A stretch of DNA of 64,000 nucleotides from Candidatus Latescibacterota bacterium (lineage in GTDB: Bacteria; Latescibacterota; UBA2968; UBA8231): positions 1,920,001-1,984,000 of the forward strand of contig OZ241889.1 in NCBI GenBank assembly GCA_965203355.1, written 5' to 3'. Under the pieces are notes generated by a model, which was not told where the DNA came from, did not search any database, and worked only from the letters and a program-made list of their open reading frames with translations. The stretch's first letter is position 1; each line of letters opens with the position of its first letter. The position numbers and the translations under genes are program-made. Positions 57,774-64,000 of this stretch are shown piece by piece.

Positions 57774-59759
57774 GTGATTTTGTCGTCGGCCAACGTCCAA
57801 GAGCGCTTCGCGATCATGCCCGCCGATGCCTCTTTTGAACCGGGCTTTAATGCAAAGACCCTGTGGGCGGCGCTCTTCGTCGGCTTTGTCATGCTGCCCG
57901 GCGCGATTTACCTCGGGTTGGTGACCGGGATGAGCATGGCCGGAGGGGCCGAATGGGTGACGCTCATTCTCTTCATCGAAATGGCCAAGCGCACCTTCGT
58001 ATCCCTGCGGACTCAGGAGATCATCATCCTCTACTGGGTGGCCGGCGGCTTGGTAATGATGGGCGGCAAGCTGGGCACCGGGGCCGATCTCTTCGGCGGC
58101 CCATTCGGCGTGTTGATCTGGGATCAGTATTTGATCCAATCGCCGCAAGCCGACGGACTGGCCGAGCACATTCCAACTTGGGTCGTGCCTCCGCGTGGCT
58201 CGGCCGCTCTCTTAGAGCGCAGCTTCCTAGACAGCGCGTGGCTCAAGCCCATCGTCATCCTCCTCTGCGCCGTTGCCTTGCAGCGCGTCAACGCCCTGTC
58301 GCTGGGCTACGTGCTCTTCCGCATCACCCACGACATTGAGCGCCTGCCCTTTCCCATGGCCTATGTGCAGGCCGGAGGGGCGACCGCCCTCGCTGAAACC
58401 TCAGCCAAGCAGGAGGGGTGGCGCTGGCACGTGTTCAGCACCGGGGCTTTTATCGGGGCTGTGTGGGGCGTATTCTACGTGGTGGTGCCGACGCTGTCGT
58501 CGGTTTTTTTGACCGAAACCGTGTCGATCTTGCCGATTCCCTTCATCGACTTCACCGTGCTGCTAAAGGCCGTTTTACCCGCTGCCGTCATCGGCTTGGC
58601 TACGGATTTGATCCACGTGCTATTCGGCCTCGTACTGCCGTTCTGGGTGGTCGTAGGGGTGTTTGCCTCGTCGATCTTGGTCAACTTGGTCGCCAATCCC
58701 ATCCTCTATGCCTACGGCATCTTGCACACTTGGGAGCCGGGCATGTCGTCGATCCCCACCCAGATTGCCAATACCTTTGACTTCTGGCTGAGCTTTTCGC
58801 TAGGGGGGGCCATCGTGGTCGCGGCTATGGGTTTCTATACCGCAGGTAAAGTCTTGCTCGCCGCTGGCAAGGTTCGGGAAACGGTTCGAGAGCCTGGCCC
58901 CGAGCGCGGCGACATCCGCATGGTCGTGGCCTTGGGAATCTGGGCGGTGAGCACGCTGTGCTTCGTGCTGATGGTGTACTATTTGGTGCCCGATTTCCCT
59001 TGGTGGATCACCGCGCTCTTTGGCTTTGTGTGGACGCCGATTTACTCGTACATCGGCACGCGGATGATCGGCCTGACCGGGTCGCCGCAGGGGGTAACTT
59101 TTCCCTATCTGCGCGAGGCCAGCTTCTATTTGTCCGGCTACCAAGGGGCCGGGATCTGGTTCGCGCCGGTGCCGATCTTCCAGTGGGGCTACGAGGCGCA
59201 AGTGTTCAAGCAGCTGGAGCTGACGCGCACTCGCTTTGGCAGCATCGTCAAGATGACGGCCCTGACTTTGGCTGTCATGTTCGCGTGTAGCTTTCTGTTC
59301 TGGTCGCTGATATGGAAGCTGGGGCCGATTCCTTCCTCGGCGTACCCATTCGTGCAAAAGATGTGGCCTTTCCACGCCACCATGCAGGCGTTCTGGGCCA
59401 AGTCAACTCTGCCGGGCGCGGGCCAGAGCTTGGTAACGCAAATTATTCGCTGGGATTACATCGGGATTGGGCTGGTCTTTAGCGGCGCGTTGTACGCACT
59501 GCTGAGCGCACTCAGCGCACCGCTGGGGATTTTCTATGGTTTTGTCGCGGGCCTCGGCGGCTGGCCGCACTTTGCCATCCTCAACTTCCTTGGTGCTCTG
59601 CTGGGCCGCTTCTACTTGCAAAAGCGCTTTGGCCCGGAGCGGTGGTACGCGTACGCGCCCATCGTGCTGGCCGGGTACTCGTGCGGTGTGGGGCTGATCG
59701 GCATGACGGCCATTGCCATTGCGCTGATTTCCAAGGCCGTATCGCAGGTCGTGTTCTGA
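57774..59759 (+). CDS. Polytopic membrane protein, OPT-like putative peptide transporter
   Basis: Many hydrophobic helices; AEWVTLILFIE, DIERLPFPMA.V.A.GATALAE, IP...YP. Confidence 0.65.
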   Translation: MILSSANVQERFAIMPADASFEPGFNAKTLWAALFVGFVMLPGAIYLGLVTGMSMAGGAEWVTLILFIEMAKRTFVSLRTQEIIILYWVAGGLVMMGGKLGTGADLFGGPFGVLIWDQYLIQSPQADGLAEHIPTWVVPPRGSAALLERSFLDSAWLKPIVILLCAVALQRVNALSLGYVLFRITHDIERLPFPMAYVQAGGATALAETSAKQEGWRWHVFSTGAFIGAVWGVFYVVVPTLSSVFLTETVSILPIPFIDFTVLLKAVLPAAVIGLATDLIHVLFGLVLPFWVVVGVFASSILVNLVANPILYAYGILHTWEPGMSSIPTQIANTFDFWLSFSLGGAIVVAAMGFYTAGKVLLAAGKVRETVREPGPERGDIRMVVALGIWAVSTLCFVLMVYYLVPDFPWWITALFGFVWTPIYSYIGTRMIGLTGSPQGVTFPYLREASFYLSGYQGAGIWFAPVPIFQWGYEAQVFKQLELTRTRFGSIVKMTALTLAVMFACSFLFWSLIWKLGPIPSSAYPFVQKMWPFHATMQAFWAKSTLPGAGQSLVTQIIRWDYIGIGLVFSGALYALLSALSAPLGIFYGFVAGLGGWPHFAILNFLGALLGRFYLQKRFGPERWYAYAPIVLAGYSCGVGLIGMTAIAIALISKAVSQVVF

Positions 59760-59770
59760 GGGTTCGCCCG

Positions 59771-60592
59771 GTGAGTCGCGCACTAATGTGCATGGCCTTG
59801 TTGGCGCTGGGTTGCGGTCAACAGGCCTCAGGGCCGCCGAGCGCGCGCGGCGAGCGCGTTGTTGCGCCCACTGCGCCCGGCGAGGCTCCTACGCCCGTCG
59901 CTGAAACCGACCAAGCCGATCACGCCATGGTCCTCGTACCCGAAGGGCTCTTCGTGATGGGTTGGGACGCGGGCGACCCGGACGAGCGGCCGCCGCACCC
60001 GGTCTTTCTCTCCGCGTACTACATCGATCAGTTCGAGGTCACCATAGGCCGATACCGGCAGTGCGTGGAGGCCGGGGCCTGCGAAGAGCCAGCCTACGCG
60101 CCTAACTGCAACTGGGACAAAGAGATAGAAGACACGCATCCCATCAACTGCACGAACCGTCAACACGCGATCGACTATTGCGCGTGGGCGGGTCTGCGAC
60201 TGCCGACCGAGGCCGAGTGGGAGAAGGCCGCGCGCGGAACCGATGGGCGCGTGTATCCTTGGGGATACGAGTTGGCAGGAGACGAGGCCAACTTTCGCTT
60301 TATCGCCGGAGCGACCGAGCCGGTGGGCAGCCGTCCGGCTGGTGCGTCGCCATACGGGGCACACGACATGGCGGGCAACGTGTGGGAGTGGGTGTCCGAT
60401 TGGTACGGAGACCTGTACTATGCCGAGAGTCCACGCGATAATCCGCCGGGGCCGCTGCGCGGGGAGTTTGGAGTGCTGCGGGGCGGGTCGTGGTGGTTTG
60501 AAAAGGAGTCCCTGCCAGCGGCGAATCGGGAAGCCTATCATCCCCTGTTGACTGATATAGATATTGGGATCCGGTGTGCGCGGGATTTTTGA
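59771..60592 (+). CDS. Formylglycine-generating enzyme (SUMF1/FGE-sulfatase) family lipoprotein
   Basis: MVLVPEGLFVMG, DERPPH.V, IDQFEVT, RLPTEAEWEKAARG, DMAGNVWEW, RGGSW, GIRCA. Confidence 0.92.
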   Translation: MSRALMCMALLALGCGQQASGPPSARGERVVAPTAPGEAPTPVAETDQADHAMVLVPEGLFVMGWDAGDPDERPPHPVFLSAYYIDQFEVTIGRYRQCVEAGACEEPAYAPNCNWDKEIEDTHPINCTNRQHAIDYCAWAGLRLPTEAEWEKAARGTDGRVYPWGYELAGDEANFRFIAGATEPVGSRPAGASPYGAHDMAGNVWEWVSDWYGDLYYAESPRDNPPGPLRGEFGVLRGGSWWFEKESLPAANREAYHPLLTDIDIGIRCARDF

Positions 60593-61361
60593 GCGCGCGA
60601 TCTTGCCGTTGCTGGTCGCGCTGGCAGGCTGTGGCAAGGCCCCGGTCGCGCCGGTCGTCTTGGCCGAGGGCGTTGTCATTGCGTCGTCAGCCGACATTGC
60701 GGCCCTGCGCGAAAAAGGCGGTGCTGCGTACATCATCGACGGCGACCTACAGATCGTCGGGAGCAGCTTAGTCGCGCTGACCGGTTTGGAAGGGCTGAGG
60801 CGCGTTGAGGGCAGCGTCGAAATTTGGTTTAACGACCGCTTGGCAAGCCTCGCGGGATTGGAGGGGCTTGAAAGCGTGGGCGCAGGGTTAGGCCCGGCAG
60901 ACGCATCGCCGCCCTTACCCACGCCGGTGGCTGGCAAAGCCGCGCACGTGGTGGAAGGGCTGTTGATCTTTGAAAATAGAGCACTGCGCTCGCTCAAAGG
61001 GCTGGAGAATTTGGCCTCTGTCAACGGGGGATTGGCACTCGTCCGCAATGAGTCGCTTACGTCCCTGACGGACATGCCGCATCTCGTGGCGATCGAAGGC
61101 AGCGTGGACATCTGGTTCAACGACGCGCTGCAAAGCCTAGCGGGCCTGCACTTGGCGCGGGTGCGGGACTTTTTGGAAGTCAGCGGCAACAGCGCACTGC
61201 AAAGCCTAGACGGGCTGGGCGGTGTCCGCCACGTGGGGGCGGATTTGATCATCAGCAACAACGCGCTACTGCCTCAATCCGAGGTGTGGGCCTTTGCCGA
61301 GCGAATGGTAGATGAGGGATTTGCCGGGGCGGTGGTGGTCGAGGGCAATCGGGGGGATTAA
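60576..61361 (+). CDS. Receptor-L-domain / leucine-rich-repeat lipoprotein
   Basis: LAGC lipobox; repeats L.I..N..L.SL.GL..L..V.G. Confidence 0.8.
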   Translation: MRGIFERAILPLLVALAGCGKAPVAPVVLAEGVVIASSADIAALREKGGAAYIIDGDLQIVGSSLVALTGLEGLRRVEGSVEIWFNDRLASLAGLEGLESVGAGLGPADASPPLPTPVAGKAAHVVEGLLIFENRALRSLKGLENLASVNGGLALVRNESLTSLTDMPHLVAIEGSVDIWFNDALQSLAGLHLARVRDFLEVSGNSALQSLDGLGGVRHVGADLIISNNALLPQSEVWAFAERMVDEGFAGAVVVEGNRGD

Positions 61362-62542
61362 TGGCCACTGGCTACTATGCGGATGCGGTGGTTGCGGGTG
61401 TCGGCGATGTAGAGATTGTCGTCCGCGTCCAATTCAATTCCATACGGGCGGTTCAGCCGCGCAGCCTGCGGGGGGCCGCCGTCGCCGCTGTCGCCGGATT
61501 GGCCGCATTGGCCCGCTACGGTGTGCATGGTACCGTCGAGGTCAATGCGGCGGATGCAGTGGTTGAAGGTGTCGGCGACAAAGACGCGCCCTTCCGAGTC
61601 AATGGCCACGTCGCAGGGCCAGTACAGAGAAACCGCGCGCGCGTCAGTCCCCCCTTCAGCATTCTCGGGTGCGGGGGAGAAGGTGGTGTAGTCGGCAATA
61701 GTGATGGGGTCGTTGCGCTGGCGGCATCTGGCGGCGGGATTCAAATCGTTACCGGCAATGGTCGTGATAATGCCCGTGGTCGCTTCCACCTTGCGGATGC
61801 GGTTGTTGCAGGTGTCGGCAAGGTAGAGGTTGCCGAATTCGTCGGTGGCGATGCGGCTCGTAGGCGGGGCGGCTTGGCTTACAGGTGCCCAGATTTGGGC
61901 TTGGTCCGCGGCCCCCCCATCGCCGGAAAAACCCGGTTCGCCCGTGCCGACGACCGTGCGTATGGTGCCGTCGAGGTCGACCATGCGGATGCGTTGGTTT
62001 TCCTGGTCGGAGATGTACATGCGTCCGAGCGGGTCGAAGGCGGTAGCGCTTGGCAGATTGATGGTCGCCTGTGCGGCGGGACCGTCGTCGCCGCTATAGG
62101 TCCGCTCGCCCGTGCCGCAGATCGGCTCGACATAGTCGGTGGCAAAGTCGTAGCGCAGGATCATGGAATTGTGCCAAGCCGAGAGTATCAGGCGTCCGAG
62201 TGGGTCAAAAGAGATGTGAGTGGGATGGTTGAGGCCGATCGCCCGCGCCCGGCCGGCCGGGGCATCGCCGAGTTCGCCGGTGCCGATCAGGGTGCTGATG
62301 CGGCCGTCGGCGACCACGCGGACGCGGTGGTTGTTCCAGTCGAGGATGTAGAGCCGCCCGTCGGGGCCGTAGGTCAGGTCTTGCGGCAGGTAGAAGAGCG
62401 CTTGACGCAACTCCGCTTCTTCCGGGCCTTTGCCGGCTTCGCCGGTGCCGGCAAAGGTTTCGATGCGTCCGTAGGGACCGCTAGGGCCAGTAGGCGGTTC
62501 TCCGCAGGCGGATAGGATGAGTAAGAGGGCTAGGTAGATCAT
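61358..62542 (-). CDS. NHL-repeat (teneurin-like) lipoprotein
   Basis: LSAC; repeats GTGE.G..GDGG.A..A.L..P....D..G.LYIAD..NHRIR. Confidence 0.9.
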   Translation of the reverse strand: MIYLALLLILSACGEPPTGPSGPYGRIETFAGTGEAGKGPEEAELRQALFYLPQDLTYGPDGRLYILDWNNHRVRVVADGRISTLIGTGELGDAPAGRARAIGLNHPTHISFDPLGRLILSAWHNSMILRYDFATDYVEPICGTGERTYSGDDGPAAQATINLPSATAFDPLGRMYISDQENQRIRMVDLDGTIRTVVGTGEPGFSGDGGAADQAQIWAPVSQAAPPTSRIATDEFGNLYLADTCNNRIRKVEATTGIITTIAGNDLNPAARCRQRNDPITIADYTTFSPAPENAEGGTDARAVSLYWPCDVAIDSEGRVFVADTFNHCIRRIDLDGTMHTVAGQCGQSGDSGDGGPPQAARLNRPYGIELDADDNLYIADTRNHRIRIVASGH

Positions 62543-63708
62543 GGCAAGACGACGCGGCGGATGCGGTGGTTGTACGCGTCGGCAATGTAAAGCCGCCCCT
62601 GCGGGTCAAAGTCGAGTCCGGTCGGTCGGTTGAGGGCGGCGCGGCGGGCCGGGCCGCCATCGCCGGAAAACCCCGCCTCGCCGCTGCCGACAACGGTCTC
62701 AATAATGCCGGTCGCGAGGTCGAGGGCGCGGATGCGGTGGTTGAGTTCGTCGGCAATGTAAAGCCGCCCGTCGGGGCCAAAAACCAAGTCGCGCGGGTTG
62801 TTGAGGGCGGCGCGGCGGGCCGGCCCCCCGTCGCCGCTGCCATCGGGTGCGCCCGTCCCGGCCACGGTTTCGATCCGGTCCCGGTCGAAGTCAACGCGGC
62901 GGATGCGGTGGTTGAGGGCGTCGGCAATGTAGAGCCGCCCCTGCGGCCCAAAGACTAAGCTGCCCGCTGGCGGCGGATTGGCACCGGCTGGCAGATTCAG
63001 TTGCGCGTCGCGCGGCCGGCCGCCATCGCCAGCAAATCCGGCTTCACCGGTGCCGACGACCGTAGTGATAATGCCGTCCGGGGCTATTTTGCGCACCCGT
63101 TGGTTGCGCTGGTCGAGGATGTACAGCCCGCCGTCGGGGCCTAAGACCGTTTGCGGTGGCTGGCTCAGGAGCGCGTCGCGGGCGGGTCCGCCGTCGCCGG
63201 CAAACCCCGGACCGGCGCCGCAGATGACTTGGACAAGCCCGGTCTGCGGGTCGTAGAGGCGCAGCTTGTGATTGTGCCAAGCCGTCAGGAGCAGGGTGCC
63301 GTCGGCCAGCGGTAGGATGTGGGTCGGGTGGTTGAGGTGGACTTCAGTGCCGGGCGCGCCGGGCGGCCCTTGATCGGATTCGTCGTACGGACCATCGCCG
63401 ACGAAGTCCGTGCCGATGACGGTGACGAGCGTGCCTGCTGGGGTTGCGCGGCGCACGCGGTGGTTGTTCCAGTCGAGGAGGTAGGCGCCCGAGGGAGTGA
63501 AGGTGAGATCGACCGGCCAGTACAGCGACGAGGCCAGCAGCGGTTGGCCGTCGCCATTGAAGCCAGCTTCGCCCGTACCGGCCCAAGTGCAGATGGTGCC
63601 GGGTGCTTCTGTGCAGCGGGCTTGCGGGCTGCCATTCGGCCCGGTGCTGTTGGAACAAGCCGTCAGCAGCAGGGCGAGGAGAAAGGGTATGAAGCGGTCT
63701 ATTGACAT
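62539..63708 (-). CDS. NHL-repeat (teneurin-like) lipoprotein, tandem paralog
   Basis: LTAC; same repeats; shares LDWNNHRVR, LNHPTHI and AWHN with its neighbour. Confidence 0.9.
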   Translation of the reverse strand: MSIDRFIPFLLALLLTACSNSTGPNGSPQARCTEAPGTICTWAGTGEAGFNGDGQPLLASSLYWPVDLTFTPSGAYLLDWNNHRVRRATPAGTLVTVIGTDFVGDGPYDESDQGPPGAPGTEVHLNHPTHILPLADGTLLLTAWHNHKLRLYDPQTGLVQVICGAGPGFAGDGGPARDALLSQPPQTVLGPDGGLYILDQRNQRVRKIAPDGIITTVVGTGEAGFAGDGGRPRDAQLNLPAGANPPPAGSLVFGPQGRLYIADALNHRIRRVDFDRDRIETVAGTGAPDGSGDGGPARRAALNNPRDLVFGPDGRLYIADELNHRIRALDLATGIIETVVGSGEAGFSGDGGPARRAALNRPTGLDFDPQGRLYIADAYNHRIRRVVLP

Positions 63709-63773
63709 ACTAAGCAGTAAATATACAAAAAAATGAACGCTGTAAATCATCGCTTGGACAGCGGCGGTACAAC

Positions 63774-64000
63774 ATGACGCTGCGCTCGGCCTTGTTGGGC
63801 CTGGGGGTCGTAGTGGCCATTGTCGTGGGAGCGCCCTATTCGATTTGGATGGTGCGCTCTTCGGAGATTACGTGGTCGTATTTTCCAACGAGCGCTGGCT
63901 TTTGCTTTGTGGTAATTCTGCTGGCGAATGCGCTGGTGCGGTGGCTGCGGCCGGCCTGGGCGTTGCGGCCGGCCGAGTTGGCTATCATTGCGATCATGGG
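63774..64000 (+). CDS. Membrane protein, 5' part only (DUF6785-like / OPT-related)
   Basis: MTLRSALLGLGVVVAIVVGAPYSIWMVRSSEITWSYFP...LRPAELAIIAIMG, open to the window end. Confidence 0.6.
   Translation, partial: MTLRSALLGLGVVVAIVVGAPYSIWMVRSSEITWSYFPTSAGFCFVVILLANALVRWLRPAWALRPAELAIIAIM

Noticed and set aside
39384-59759. Labelling the cluster as canonical T9SS or Tol-Pal
   Set aside because: No recognisable SprA, PorK/L/M/N, PorU, TolB or Pal; only the PorV-like barrel and the ExbBD motor are recognisable
59771-60592. FGE-domain gene as a DGR target
   Set aside because: No second copy of its 3' region and no RT or Avd gene seen
59828-62515. Long antisense ORFs (59828-61261 minus, 61361-62515 plus) and similar shadows elsewhere
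   Set aside because: They mirror well-supported genes on the opposite strand, lack motifs, and are expected in GC-rich DNA

Overview
GC-rich bacterial chromosomal window with about 55 genes. Gene content (FlgD/T9SS-like C-terminal tails, PorV-like barrel, CRTAC1/TPR/NHL/HEAT/LRR repeat proteins) suggests an FCB-group organism such as Latescibacterota; this is inference. Housekeeping landmarks are tRNA-Pro(TGG), rnpB with its zinc-ribbon neighbour, pyrF and a split transketolase. The most interesting region is a ~20-kb co-directional envelope cluster (39.4-59.8 kb). It encodes two paralogous ~980-aa putative outer-membrane proteins, two paralogous lipoproteins, an FlgD-tail protein next to a PorV-like barrel, a 1090-aa TPR protein, an ExbB + 2x ExbD motor in which one ExbD has Asn in place of the conserved proton-binding Asp, a PPIase and an OPT-like transporter. 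It may be an undescribed PMF-driven secretion or surface-assembly machine. The second highlight is a ~1900-aa surface protein whose true start codon is out of frame because of a G13 tract in the signal-peptide region (apparent phase variation, OFF as assembled). That gene also has AT-rich mosaic N-terminal patches and a duplicated tail plus terminator. Also present are a solitary low-GC DNA methyltransferase, an AAA ATPase gene flanked by a duplicated gene start, a heptamer-repeat hairpin and several eroded gene relics. All family assignments come from motif recognition by eye; no searches were run.
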